This document shows, piece by piece, positions 19,370-31,414 of a stretch of DNA of 64,000 bases; the stretch's first letter is position 1; each line of letters begins with the position of its first letter. The notes under the pieces are model-generated. The model did no database searches. It saw only the letters and a list, made by a program, of their open reading frames with translations, and was not told where the DNA came from. The position numbers were made by a program, and so were the translations under genes. The DNA comes from Myxococcota bacterium (GTDB lineage Bacteria; Myxococcota_A; SURF-8; G963663525): positions 128,001-192,000 of the forward strand of contig CAXXVK010000010.1 in NCBI GenBank assembly GCA_963676915.2, given 5' to 3'.

Positions 19370-19445
19370 GCCCCCATAGCTCAGCTGGATAGAGCTGGGG
19401 ATTCCTAATCCCTGTAAGCCGGAGGTTCGAATCCTCCTGGGGGCA
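19370..19445 (+). tRNA. tRNA-Arg(CCT), CCA not encoded
   Basis: Acceptor GCCCCCA/TGGGGGC, D arm GCTC/GAGC, anticodon loop TT-CCT-AA, T arm GGAGG-TTCGAAT-CCTCC. Confidence 0.93.
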
Positions 19446-19519
19446 ATACTTGACGCAAGACTTCAAACTGCTTGTTTTTACATAAACTATTTCTTTCTCT
19501 TGCCAAGGGGGCTGTATCG

Positions 19520-19801
19520 ATGAATAAATCTGAATTGATTGAAAAACTCGCCGAAAGGGTCAATGTCACGAAGAAAAAATCGGAATCCGTCGTCAACCTG
19601 ATTTTCGATAGCATGAGCGATGCGCTGGTCAGTGGTGACCGTATCGAAATTCGCGGGTTCGGTTCTCTCGTGAACAAGGAATATAAATCCTATTCGGGAC
19701 GCAATCCTCGTACCGGCGAAGTGATTCCCGTTCCCGGCAAGCGACTGCCGTTTTTCAAGGTTGGCAAAGAGTTGCGCGAGCGTGTAAACGACCGGAAATA
19801 A
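19520..19801 (+). CDS. ihfB: Integration host factor beta / HU family DNA-binding protein
   Basis: MNKSELI, RIEIRGFGS, GRNPRTGE, PFFKVGKELRERV. Confidence 0.88.
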   Translation: MNKSELIEKLAERVNVTKKKSESVVNLIFDSMSDALVSGDRIEIRGFGSLVNKEYKSYSGRNPRTGEVIPVPGKRLPFFKVGKELRERVNDRK

Positions 19802-19803
19802 TC

Positions 19804-20496
19804 GTGTTACCCATGCACGGTCGACATTTTTTTATGGCAACCTTCGGGTTGCCGTCTTTTTTGGTCAAACCGGTTTTTGCGGTTTGCGTGTGTTGTTTTG
19901 TGCTCTTTTCGGTCGGATGCGATGACTTCTGGTCGTCCAAGTCCTCCTCTTCTTCGGTACCCCAGGCGGCGGTTTTTCTCGAACAGGTTTCCCAGCGCTT
20001 GAAAAAACTGGATCGCGCCCATGCCGAAAGTATGCACCGCGATATCCGCGAGCATCTGGCCCGGTACGCCAAATCCGATGCCGATGAGAAATATCGGGAA
20101 CAATTGCGCTGGTTGGCAGAGATTATCCTGCAACAGAGGCATCATTACGAGCGAGAAATCGCCGAGTTGGAATACCTGCTCGAAGTAGCTCCTCTGGTAC
20201 GTCCGGCACTGGCGAAGCTGCGACGGCAGGATCTCCAGCGGTACCGGCGGTTGTCGGAAACCCTGCGAAAGGTGGAATTCGCCGATTTCGATCGGGAGTC
20301 ACGCTACTACATCGAGAGAGATAATGCGCGAATCACATTTTGGCGCAACCAGTTGAAATTATGGATAAAAAGCACGGAATCGGGAACCTATGACTGGAGC
20401 GTGCCGGTCGATGACCGGGGCCGGTATCGTTATCCGCCGCTTCCCGAGAAACCCAAGCCTGAACCTTTTCCGGGCAACAAGCCAACTCAAGAATAA
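19804..20496 (+). CDS. Hypothetical protein, probable lipoprotein
   Basis: Hydrophobic stretch ending FSVGC; helical body; start uncertain. Confidence 0.6.
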   Translation: MLPMHGRHFFMATFGLPSFLVKPVFAVCVCCFVLFSVGCDDFWSSKSSSSSVPQAAVFLEQVSQRLKKLDRAHAESMHRDIREHLARYAKSDADEKYREQLRWLAEIILQQRHHYEREIAELEYLLEVAPLVRPALAKLRRQDLQRYRRLSETLRKVEFADFDRESRYYIERDNARITFWRNQLKLWIKSTESGTYDWSVPVDDRGRYRYPPLPEKPKPEPFPGNKPTQE

Positions 20497-20515
20497 TCTC
20501 TAGTGAATCTTGCGC

Positions 20516-20729
20516 CGGGCAAATTTTTTGCCCGACTGTCTTTGTACACAGGCTATTTATTGCAGTTATTATTTGGTGCTAGCGCTCCCTATCCTTTTCA
20601 TAAGAGGGGTGGCATGGGCTAACCGCAGGTTGCCCATGGTGATCTACAGATAGAGCAGGATTGCATCCTGTTCCTAGCGTTTTGTTTTAAAGAGAATCAT
20701 ATGCGAACGGGGATACAATCCCCGTCCAT
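20516..20729. repeat. Cluster of REP-like palindromes from three families
   Basis: 20516-20536 cgggcaaattttttgcccgac; 20607-20638 gggtgg unit; 20649-20674 and 20705-20729 GGAT(T/A)..ATCC units. Confidence 0.7.
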
Positions 20730-20777
20730 CGGACAGGTTTTCAAGTCATATGTGGGGTTCTTCAGGAATGATTCGGG

Positions 20778-21749
20778 TTAGAATTCCGCACCGATGTTGA
20801 AGCTCATGGCGTAGGCTTCGACGGACGACACCTGCACTTCCGGGGCGATGTGGAACGTCGCCACGATCAGTTTCAAACCACCGTACCAACGATGGATGAT
20901 TTCGTCCCGGTCGGGCAGTTTCAGCAATGGGCTGTCCAACAGGGCATCGAAACTCGGATTGAGCACGCCGGGCCGCAGGAAACTCACGAGAAAGGCGTAT
21001 CCGGTGTAGGGCGTGACTTCGACCACCCCCGCTGCGGGGAAGGATTTGGAAATCACGAGATCCCAGCCGAACTGGCGCATGTCGAGGTCGGTGGACCCGA
21101 AAAGCTGCCCGTAGTTCAGGCGAAGAGCCACGTCCGGGGAATATTCGTGGAAATCCTCCAGCACGGCGTATTTCAGGTTCATGCCGAAATAGAACATTTT
21201 GGAATGCAGAAAATACGAAGCATCGAAGCCGATGTCGAAAGAGTAGGGCAATCCTTTTCGTACGGCAAACTGGAAGGTGGACATCATGCTATCGGCGGTA
21301 CGGCTTTTGTCGCCGTAAGGGTCGAGGTCGGCGAAGCGCTCGACGCCTTCGAGCGCGTCGTTCCAGTGATCGCCCTTGCTGACCGCCGTCATCGTGTAAT
21401 CGAATCCCAGGTTGAAACCACTCATGCCCAGCGTATCGGCGGCAGAGTGGTATTTGGGAGCGAACAACATCGAGAATTGTTGCGCAAACTTGCGCCATTT
21501 CCCTTTATCCACCATGGCACGGGTTTCCTGTCCCGCAACCTGGCCGGTTTCCAGCATACAGAGGTTCGTGGCCGTGGTGTCGGTATTGCGGACGCACATC
21601 CGCCACAGCGTCAGATCTTTCGGTGCAGCCTGAACGGACAAACCGAAGGCGAAACACGCCACGGCGAAACTACAGGCAATCCAGCGAAAAGCCATCGTGC
21701 GGAGGCGTTTCGCAGCGACATACGAGGTTGGCGAATCGACTTTCCCCAT
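20778..21749 (-). CDS. Putative outer-membrane beta-barrel protein
   Basis: Signal peptide (clearest from alternative ATG 21695), alternating beta strands, C-terminal Phe (FNIGAEF). Confidence 0.65.
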   Translation of the reverse strand: MGKVDSPTSYVAAKRLRTMAFRWIACSFAVACFAFGLSVQAAPKDLTLWRMCVRNTDTTATNLCMLETGQVAGQETRAMVDKGKWRKFAQQFSMLFAPKYHSAADTLGMSGFNLGFDYTMTAVSKGDHWNDALEGVERFADLDPYGDKSRTADSMMSTFQFAVRKGLPYSFDIGFDASYFLHSKMFYFGMNLKYAVLEDFHEYSPDVALRLNYGQLFGSTDLDMRQFGWDLVISKSFPAAGVVEVTPYTGYAFLVSFLRPGVLNPSFDALLDSPLLKLPDRDEIIHRWYGGLKLIVATFHIAPEVQVSSVEAYAMSFNIGAEF

Positions 21750-21750
21750 C

Positions 21751-23688
<1,938 letters not shown>

Positions 23689-23788
23689 TCAAACCGCCCC
23701 ATCATGGCACGAGCATGGGCGGTTTACAAGAAATTACTGGTTGTAAGACGTTTCCGACGGCAAAAACATCGATTTGCGTCGAATTCTT

Positions 23789-24319
23789 TCACCATCGGTC
23801 CCGTTTGAAAATTTCGTCGAACGTTTTCCGTTTCTTTTCGCGGGGTTTGTAGTCCGGTAAAGGTCGTCCCAGCGGCGTCATCGCCACCACTTTGACTTCT
23901 CTCGGAATACCCAATTCCCGCTGTACGGTCTCTTCGTCGTATACGCCCAACCAACAGGTGCCGTAGCCCATTTCCCAGGCTTTCAGCGTCAGGTGGTCGA
24001 AGGCGATGGCCACATCCACGTATCGGTAATCGATTCCGTTGTAAACACCGGATTCTCCCGGCACCGCACAGGCGACAAGCAGCATCGGCGCGTATTTCGC
24101 CCAGCGATTGACGGCTTTTTCCATCCAGGGAATCTGCACCAGGGCTTCGATCTTCGCAGGATCGGTAACGGCGATAAACCGCCAGGTCTGCGTGTTTTTC
24201 CAACTCGGCGCCCGTCCGGCCGTCTCGATGATCTCCCGAAGGTCTTCTTCCGGGATGGGGTCGGGCAGAAATTTACGGATCGAGCATCGGTTTTTCGCAA
24301 GTTCGGAAAAATCCATCAC
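23789..24319 (-). CDS. Nitroreductase family protein
   Basis: RCSIRKF, APSWKNTQTW, GYGTCWLG. Confidence 0.9.
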   Translation of the reverse strand: MMDFSELAKNRCSIRKFLPDPIPEEDLREIIETAGRAPSWKNTQTWRFIAVTDPAKIEALVQIPWMEKAVNRWAKYAPMLLVACAVPGESGVYNGIDYRYVDVAIAFDHLTLKAWEMGYGTCWLGVYDEETVQRELGIPREVKVVAMTPLGRPLPDYKPREKKRKTFDEIFKRDRW

Positions 24320-24624
24320 TACCTACCTTTTGCTGCAAAAAAACGAAAAGACTTGGAATTGTTTATTAATACAAATTTTTACGGCTGTAAACCCGAAAGG
24401 GATGCGAATCGAACTCTTGGGAGGAATATGATGGATTTATGACGGATAGAATGCACGTTTTTCTCAACTGTGAAAGCTCATTGCTTGCACGACGTTCGTT
24501 CTGTAAAATGTGTTCAAATCATTTGGGAAAAAGAAAAACTCTTTGCCGACAACGTTTTTCGGTACGGTTTTCTATTTTACTTGCGTTTCATGCACAACGA
24601 CAATGGCTCATTCTGGAGGATGGA

Positions 24625-25671
24625 ATGCCGCGTTTTTCCTTAAACGAAGTTTTGACCGTCGTTATTTGGATTCTTCTTGTCGGTTGTTCAGCGGATGACT
24701 CCTCTTCGTTGCAAGCCGATGAGGATGTGGAATCCGAACAGTCGGAGCTTTTCGAAGATGGAGATGCCGTTCCCGATGTTTCGCAAAACGGATCTTTCGC
24801 TTTTTCACAATCACGTGAGGTCTTGGAGGTCGAAAACGGCAGCGAAACGCTGGCGCTGGAGTTTCTTTTGTTACTTCCCGAAGGAGACGGGCCGTTTCCT
24901 CTGGTGGTTTTCACCCACGGATTCTCACTCAGCCCTGAGATGTATACCACGTATGGAGAGCGTCTCGCTTCCTGGGGATTGGTTGCAATATTGCCACAAA
25001 TGCCGGGAAGTTTGACCGAGCCGGAAACCCATCGGGAACTCGCGGACCATCTTGCTGCCCTGATCGATTGGGCCACCGATCCGGCGACGGAAAAACTCGC
25101 GGGAAAACTGAAGGAACAGAGCATCGGCCTGGCGGGTCATTCGATGGGAGGCAAAATTTCCTTTCTGCTGGCGAGCAGGGATTCGCGAATTCAAGCGGTT
25201 TTCGGGGTGGACCCGGTGGATTCCGCACCGCCCATCGAATACGACGCCGAGGATTATCCTTCCGTAACTCCCGAACGTATGGCGGATATCTCCGTGCCAT
25301 TCGTCGCGCTGGGAGAAACGACAAACGGAGGAGACAGTTCTGCGGCTTGTGCACCTTCCGCTGAGAATTTCGAGCAAATTTATGCATTTGCCGAAAGTCC
25401 GGCCTTTCGAATCGAAATGCTTGGAGCCAACCACATGTCGTTTCTGGATGATCCCGACTGCGGCATCCTCTGTGCCGTCTGTCCGACAGGTACGGATGAT
25501 CCGGCGATGACGCGGGCTTTGACCCAAAAATATATGACGGCGTTTTTTCTGGCGGTTCTTGAAAACCGTTCCGAATGCTTCGACTACCTGACCGGGGATC
25601 GCATGGAGGAGGACATCGAAGCCGGATGGGTCGATGTCGAAACGAAAAACGGTTTCGGAACGGGCCTTTAG
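24625..25671 (+). CDS. Alpha/beta hydrolase lipoprotein (chlorophyllase/cutinase-like)
   Basis: LLVGC lipobox, VFTHGF, GHSMGG nucleophile, DPVD, ANHMSFLD. Confidence 0.85.
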   Translation: MPRFSLNEVLTVVIWILLVGCSADDSSSLQADEDVESEQSELFEDGDAVPDVSQNGSFAFSQSREVLEVENGSETLALEFLLLLPEGDGPFPLVVFTHGFSLSPEMYTTYGERLASWGLVAILPQMPGSLTEPETHRELADHLAALIDWATDPATEKLAGKLKEQSIGLAGHSMGGKISFLLASRDSRIQAVFGVDPVDSAPPIEYDAEDYPSVTPERMADISVPFVALGETTNGGDSSAACAPSAENFEQIYAFAESPAFRIEMLGANHMSFLDDPDCGILCAVCPTGTDDPAMTRALTQKYMTAFFLAVLENRSECFDYLTGDRMEEDIEAGWVDVETKNGFGTGL

Positions 25672-25832
25672 AAGCCATCCTAAAATTAGCGACCGAGGAT
25701 TTTGAGGCGATTTCGAGACGGATTCGTCGTTGTAGAGACGCGGAATACCGGGAGTCTTTCAAGTCGAGATCAGCGGCGAAGTCGTCCAAAAGCGTCCGAA
25801 AGGCGACAGGAAGTATATTTAGGATGGCTTCT
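25670..25832. mobile_element. MITE-like element
   Basis: Perfect 15-bp terminal IR agaagccatcctaaa / tttaggatggcttct around a 163-bp segment. Confidence 0.65.
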
Positions 25833-26057
25833 TGTTCAAAGTGGCACCCCTTCCCGCAACGGAACTTGACAGAAGGGCCAGAAACGTTTACTAGAATCCT
25901 TCGCGATCCGAAACGGTCGTGGGAAATTATTGTATTGGGTCGGCGGGAGGAGGCAGACGCGCAAAAAAGCGCCAAACGAAGAAAAATCGCCTCGTCTTTT
26001 GCATCTTCGGTAAATCGTGTATAGTCGAACCCAAGTGAAACAGGTAAAGGTAGACCA

Positions 26058-26342
26058 ATGGCCATCGAAAAAGTCAGCGCCCCCATCCTTTTCGACGTAC
26101 GATGCTCCAAACGGAACATGGACAAGGGGTTGTTGGATTCCGCAGAATACCAAAAGTACCTCGACTCTCTGCCGGACAGCAGTGACAAGGCCGCAGAACT
26201 CGAAGTGGATCAAAACGCCGAAATCGCCGAAAAAGAAGCCCGACGCGAAGAGTTGGGTATCGTGACGAAATCGGAAAGCGATTCGGCGAAAACGGTGGAG
26301 GAACCCAAGGAAGAAGCCGCCTATTTCGAGGAGGAAGAGTGA
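26058..26342 (+). CDS. Small acidic hypothetical protein
   Basis: AAGG RBS-like; overlaps the TPR gene start by 4 bp. Confidence 0.65.
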   Translation: MAIEKVSAPILFDVRCSKRNMDKGLLDSAEYQKYLDSLPDSSDKAAELEVDQNAEIAEKEARREELGIVTKSESDSAKTVEEPKEEAAYFEEEE

Positions 26343-28162
26343 CCTTATCTCTTCGTCTTTCGTTTCGGCCTCTTTGGAGCCTGCTGGTGCTGCTCATCGG
26401 CGGGCTCGCCGTGTCGAGCTGTTCTTTCGGAAAAAACACCCCCTCTCCTCGAACGGTGACCTTGCTCGTCGAGCAGGAAGACGGCTCCGTCTCCGAAAAA
26501 CACGTGCGTGCCGGTTCCCCTTCGGCCTACAGCTATTATCTTCACGCCAAACAACTCGAACATCTGCGCCGTTATTCGGAAGCCGCACAGGCTTACGAAA
26601 AAGCTTTGCAGTTCGAAAAAGGTTCGGCCGTCATTCGCTCGGACTACAGCCAGGTGCTGTTGTTGCTCGACCGGGTGGACGACGCTCTGCAACAGGCGGC
26701 GTACGCCACACGGCTGGAGCCGAACTGGGCTAGAGGATACTATCAACTCGGACGCATACAGTTTTCGATCGACCGCTTCGAAAACGCGATTGCCTCCTTC
26801 GACAAGGCGATTGTCTGCAACCCGGATTTCATCGAAGCTTACCGACGCAAGGGAGAAGTTCTCTATATTACCGGAAAGTTGGAAGAACTCGCCGAAATGT
26901 ACCTGGACTGGACCCGGCGTCGCCCGGACGACCGTATGGCCTGGTACTACCTCGTACGACTTTATCGTTTCGAGCGAAATTTGCCCGCATTGGAAAACGC
27001 CCTGCTCAAGCTTCTGGAATTCGAGCCGGATAACACCGAAGCACTGCACGAACTGGTGGTTTGGTACGAACGCACGCGACGCTATGAAGACGCCGCACGG
27101 CAACTGGAACGGCTCGACAAGCGCCACCCCGACAACCCCGCCATTCTGATCCAAATCGGTGCGAATTACGCCAAAGCGGGAAAGATCGATAAGGCGCAGG
27201 AACTGTTCGAGCGCGCCCGCCGACTCGATGGCTTTTCGGGAAAACTTCACTTGCAGATTTCGTTAGCCTGGTATGAAGCCAAGCAATACGATCGCACCGA
27301 AAAAAGCCTGATGGAACATTATCGCCTGGGTGATCGGGCGCTTGCCGCTTTTATGATGGGCACAATCTCCCAGGATCGAAAACAGTTCGATGCAGCGTTG
27401 AAATGGTACGAGGACGTAACAACCATCGAACCCGACACCGAACGCGGCCTGGAAGCTCTCCTGGCGATGGCGAGGATTCACCACCAACAGGGTCGGGATG
27501 ACCTTGCCCTTAGAAAGTTGCGCACGGCGGAGCGACTGTTCCGCGACTCACCGAGATACTGGATCGGCGCAAGCGACTGGCATCGTGAAGCAGGCCAACC
27601 CGAGCAGGCCATTACCGAGTTGGAACGCGGCATGGATATCGTGCAAGACCCGCTGATGCTCGAATATACCAAAGCAGCTCTTTTGGAACGACTGGGACAG
27701 GTGGACCGCTCCCTTGAAATGATGGAAGACATCATCGCCCGGCATCCCGATCATGCCAACGCGCTCAATTTCGTAGGATACGTCCTGGCCAACTCGAACC
27801 GCAACCTCGACAAGGCCGAGCGCTACATTCGCAAAGCCATTCGTCTGGCTCCCGACGAGGGATACATCATCGATTCTCTGGGATGGGTGCTCTATCGCAA
27901 GGGACAGACGGACAAAGCGCTGAAGTGGTTGTCACTGGCCCGGCTGCTGTATCCCGAGGAAGCGGAAATCCTGTATCATTACGCCGTAGTGCTCAAAGAC
28001 ACCGGTAAAATGGACGACGCTCGTGCGGTGCTGGATCAACTCTCCGGGATGACCCTGGAACCGCCTCAACTGCGCGAAGGCTTGGAGAAGAATTTTCCCG
28101 ACGACTGGCCCCGACCCAACGCCTCGCCCACGCCGGAACCCTCGACTCCGCAAACGAAGTAG
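26339..28162 (+). CDS. Tetratricopeptide-repeat lipoprotein
   Basis: AVSSC lipobox; many TPRs including ALNFVGY...YIIDSLGWVLY. Confidence 0.9.
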   Translation: MTLSLRLSFRPLWSLLVLLIGGLAVSSCSFGKNTPSPRTVTLLVEQEDGSVSEKHVRAGSPSAYSYYLHAKQLEHLRRYSEAAQAYEKALQFEKGSAVIRSDYSQVLLLLDRVDDALQQAAYATRLEPNWARGYYQLGRIQFSIDRFENAIASFDKAIVCNPDFIEAYRRKGEVLYITGKLEELAEMYLDWTRRRPDDRMAWYYLVRLYRFERNLPALENALLKLLEFEPDNTEALHELVVWYERTRRYEDAARQLERLDKRHPDNPAILIQIGANYAKAGKIDKAQELFERARRLDGFSGKLHLQISLAWYEAKQYDRTEKSLMEHYRLGDRALAAFMMGTISQDRKQFDAALKWYEDVTTIEPDTERGLEALLAMARIHHQQGRDDLALRKLRTAERLFRDSPRYWIGASDWHREAGQPEQAITELERGMDIVQDPLMLEYTKAALLERLGQVDRSLEMMEDIIARHPDHANALNFVGYVLANSNRNLDKAERYIRKAIRLAPDEGYIIDSLGWVLYRKGQTDKALKWLSLARLLYPEEAEILYHYAVVLKDTGKMDDARAVLDQLSGMTLEPPQLREGLEKNFPDDWPRPNASPTPEPSTPQTK

Positions 28163-28168
28163 CGCGAC

Positions 28169-28948
28169 ATGACACGTTTTTCACTCCTTTTTCGGCTTTT
28201 GTTCGTGGTTATCCTCGGGGTAGGAACGCTTTCCGGCTGCCGCAGTACATCCACGCCCGATCCGCAGGTGCAAAACCTCCCCAAACCCGATGTCGCCGAC
28301 CTGCTCGATTCCCTGCGCCAGCGGGACAAGGAAATCCGCAACATCAACGTGGTGTTCGATGCCGAAATTCTGGAAAACAGCCGCGAGCAGCGGGTGCAGA
28401 TTATCGCGATTGCCGAGAAACCCGATAAACTGTATCTGGAAATCGCGGGACCGCTGGGGATGCTCGGAATGTTCAGTTGCGACGGTCAGGAAATCCGGCT
28501 GTTCAACGGTGAAACGCGACAAATGGAAATTGGACCAGCGGACAAGGCCGTGCTGTCCTCGCTGATTCCCATAGAAATGGACCCGGCACAGCTCGTTTCG
28601 GTCTTGAGCGTTGCGCCCACACCCATCGAGCACGATGCCCACAATCTTTCCTACGACGCCAAGGCCGGTTTGTGGGTGTTGACCTTTGCCCATCGCCCGA
28701 GCCACACGATGCAACGCTTTCGCTTCGCACCGTCCACGATGGATTTGCACTCGGTGGCCTATCTGGAAAACGGAACTCTCGTGGCCCGTGCCACCTATCT
28801 GCGATGGAAAAAGACACCCAAAGGACGCCTGCCGGAGTTATGGAAGATCGATATTCCCGCCCGCAACGTGACCCTCAACCTTGACCGCAACGGCGAGGCC
28901 ATCCTCAACCGGGACTACCCGGAACAGACGTTTCGGATTTCTCCCTGA
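28169..28948 (+). CDS. LolB/DUF4292-like lipoprotein
   Basis: LSGC lipobox, LEIAGPLG motif, position directly after the TPR gene. Confidence 0.65.
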   Translation: MTRFSLLFRLLFVVILGVGTLSGCRSTSTPDPQVQNLPKPDVADLLDSLRQRDKEIRNINVVFDAEILENSREQRVQIIAIAEKPDKLYLEIAGPLGMLGMFSCDGQEIRLFNGETRQMEIGPADKAVLSSLIPIEMDPAQLVSVLSVAPTPIEHDAHNLSYDAKAGLWVLTFAHRPSHTMQRFRFAPSTMDLHSVAYLENGTLVARATYLRWKKTPKGRLPELWKIDIPARNVTLNLDRNGEAILNRDYPEQTFRISP

Positions 28949-29006
28949 AGGCGGAGAGATCGTTGGGCGTGCATCACAAAATACAGCGACTTTCAAGCTG
29001 CCAAGC

Positions 29007-29033
29007 GATGGACGGGGATTGCATCGCCGTCCA
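29007..29033. repeat. REP-like palindrome (GATGGACGGGGATTGCATC family)
   Basis: Related copies at 20649, 20705, 35925, 41404, 46565. Confidence 0.7.
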
Positions 29034-29072
29034 GTTTCTTCTCGATGGAAAATGTGGGGAACGGGAAGTAAT

Positions 29073-29747
29073 CTATTGGTTGGAAGATGAGGTGTAAGTT
29101 GCCTTTTCTATTTCCTTGTTCAACTCCTCGACTAATCTGTACACGGTGGTAGATGGATTGGGATACGGTTCATTTTTGTAATTGGCAATAAGTTTTTTGG
29201 CGTAACGTATCCCGTTCTCTTGTTTGTCCAGCAACTTATCATATATTCCAGGATCATTCTTTACATATTTATATCCGAGCTTTTCATCTAATTTTCTACA
29301 TAGTTGTTTACGGCCATAACCGGTAATTGTGTAATCAAAGTGCAGTAAATACCACAATTCAAAAGCTTCATTGGAGAAGGCTATTCGGTAGACTTTCTTG
29401 TTGCCGAATATCTTATTCAGGTTTCTTACCTTTTGAAAAGCCTGATTGATTTGTTCGGAGCTGAAGCCATCATGGTCAAACACGCACCATACATGATCGA
29501 AAGGTCCGTTTTGATCTACAAGTTTTTCAGCGTAAGTAACCAATGAAATCGTATTTCGACCAGTTCCTTTAATGGTGACCTGGACGGAATTTCTCCTCAA
29601 TTTCTGGCGAAAGGATTCAAAATACTGTGGCTCTGTTTTTTCGCCTTCACAGACGATAAGAATCGTTTTGAACGGTTCACGGTTTTTGTAGGGTCTCTTC
29701 GGTCGTTGTCTTCTAACACGTCCCGTTTTTTTCGCACCTCTACCCAT
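29073..29747 (-). CDS. RloB family protein (TOPRIM-like)
   Basis: IVCEGEKTEPQYF, WCVFDHD, SNEAFELWYLLHF, NPSTTV; AT-rich. Confidence 0.88.
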   Translation of the reverse strand: MGRGAKKTGRVRRQRPKRPYKNREPFKTILIVCEGEKTEPQYFESFRQKLRRNSVQVTIKGTGRNTISLVTYAEKLVDQNGPFDHVWCVFDHDGFSSEQINQAFQKVRNLNKIFGNKKVYRIAFSNEAFELWYLLHFDYTITGYGRKQLCRKLDEKLGYKYVKNDPGIYDKLLDKQENGIRYAKKLIANYKNEPYPNPSTTVYRLVEELNKEIEKATYTSSSNQ

Positions 29748-31032
29748 CGCATGAATCTCCGTCTGCAAAGCCACCCAAGAACGGGATTGCTCCGTATTTG
29801 CCTCGAAGATAATTCAAGTCCAAAGCCTCATCGTTTCTTGGACTAAATTCAGCAAGGCTATACAAATCACTGGATTGATCCTGCCGTTTCTCTGTAAACA
29901 TGATCTGGTCACGTCTGAAGAGATTTGTGCGCCGATTAAGAAGATTGGAGTCGTGAGTGGTTACGATAAGCTGCGCGTTGTTTTTATTCATTTTATCCGT
30001 GCGGAATAAACGCAACAACTCCATAGTCATCAGTGGATGCAAACGGGCGTCGACCTCATCAATCACCAGCACTCGTCCCTCTGCCAGAGTTTCAAGAAAA
30101 GGTCCAGCCAGTGCATAAAGCTTCTGGGTACCATGTGATTCGTGTTTTTCCAGATTAAAATGAACCGGTTTTTGGCCTTCGATTTCATGAATGGTGTTTA
30201 TCGACGTTATGCCTTTTTTTCCAGTTATCTCATTATACGAAAACTCAAAATTACCAGTCTCCTTCATATTTCTCATGAAAATTTTCTCAAACTGGTCTTC
30301 ATCTATTTCCGTATTGTTGCAATCGACGCCTTTAATCCCAACATCAAGCTTACATAAAAACTTGTTTATTTCTTCCGAAAACTTTCCTTCTCTATGAAGG
30401 GAAAGAGTATGTGCTTTAAAGGATCTAGGTTCAAACCCGTCAATGATGATCAATTTTAGGAAATATTTAACAATATCACCTGCAATCTTCCCGTCCATTT
30501 GGGCAACGAGAGACAAGAAAAGGGCATTTTTTCGTAACCGTTTTGTTAAATCGAGACCTTCTTTGAAAGTTGCTTTATTGATGTAGTAAACACCGTCTGT
30601 GTTTCGCTCGAAGAGACGAATTTGTCGCTTTTTACGCCTGTACAACCATTCTTCTATTATCGCTTCTTTTGTCACTTTGAATCCGTAGGTATACTCACTG
30701 TCTCCAATAAAGAAAATTAATTCGAATAGCGAAGGTTCTTGTGACGATTTAGGATCAAGCAAAAACGGTTCTGACTCTATGGGTTCACCTTTTTGGGTAT
30801 CCTTTGATGAGTGCAGAACCATACTTTTCATGTACCGAAGTGCCTTGACCAGATTTGATTTTCCACTGGCGTTAGCACCGTATATGGCAGCAGTATTTAG
30901 CAATTTTTCACCGTCTGGAGCCGTAATTAAATTTGTGCTTTCCATTCCTTTTAGCTTTTTTTCAGCTTCCATGAACAAGGTTACCTGTTCTTTGAATGAG
31001 CGAAAGTTTTCTACACTAAACTGTCTTAACAT
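29740..31032 (-). CDS. AAA_21 ATPase (RloA-like)
   Basis: NFRSFKE, YGANASGKSN, ESHGTQK, IDEVDARLHP, QLIVTTH, RRDQI, YLRGKYGAIP. Confidence 0.9.
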   Translation of the reverse strand: MLRQFSVENFRSFKEQVTLFMEAEKKLKGMESTNLITAPDGEKLLNTAAIYGANASGKSNLVKALRYMKSMVLHSSKDTQKGEPIESEPFLLDPKSSQEPSLFELIFFIGDSEYTYGFKVTKEAIIEEWLYRRKKRQIRLFERNTDGVYYINKATFKEGLDLTKRLRKNALFLSLVAQMDGKIAGDIVKYFLKLIIIDGFEPRSFKAHTLSLHREGKFSEEINKFLCKLDVGIKGVDCNNTEIDEDQFEKIFMRNMKETGNFEFSYNEITGKKGITSINTIHEIEGQKPVHFNLEKHESHGTQKLYALAGPFLETLAEGRVLVIDEVDARLHPLMTMELLRLFRTDKMNKNNAQLIVTTHDSNLLNRRTNLFRRDQIMFTEKRQDQSSDLYSLAEFSPRNDEALDLNYLRGKYGAIPFLGGFADGDSCDG

Positions 31033-31414
31033 TTATTTTACCTTTTAGTTATCTTTAAGTTTTGTGTGTTTTCCGTATAAAACATAAATAACATGACCGT
31101 TCGATAAAGTCAACGCTTTTAGATAATTTCAGAGTTTTCTGATTGATCTCCAGCTTTGGGAAAACCAACGTGACTGATGAAGTGTTGTCAATAAAGCGTG
31201 AACCTGTGTCGGAACGATTACCACGAATCACATTCCAATCAAATACAATCCGTTTGATTGACTCCCGTAATTCTTTGGATACCTTGAGACTATGCTCTTT
31301 TCATTCTTTATCCTCCCTCTCCCCCCAGCCCACAAAAAATCCTGTATTTCCGCACTATTCATGGTATAGGAGACGGGACTGCGGAATTACTTCTTCGATG
31401 CTTTTGGAGATGCC

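Noticed and set aside
19370-19520. tRNA as an island integration site
   Set aside because: No integrase or duplicated tRNA 3' end was seen; followed directly by ihfB
25866-25897. TTGACA...TAGAAT promoter
   Set aside because: The 20-nt spacer is too long for sigma70
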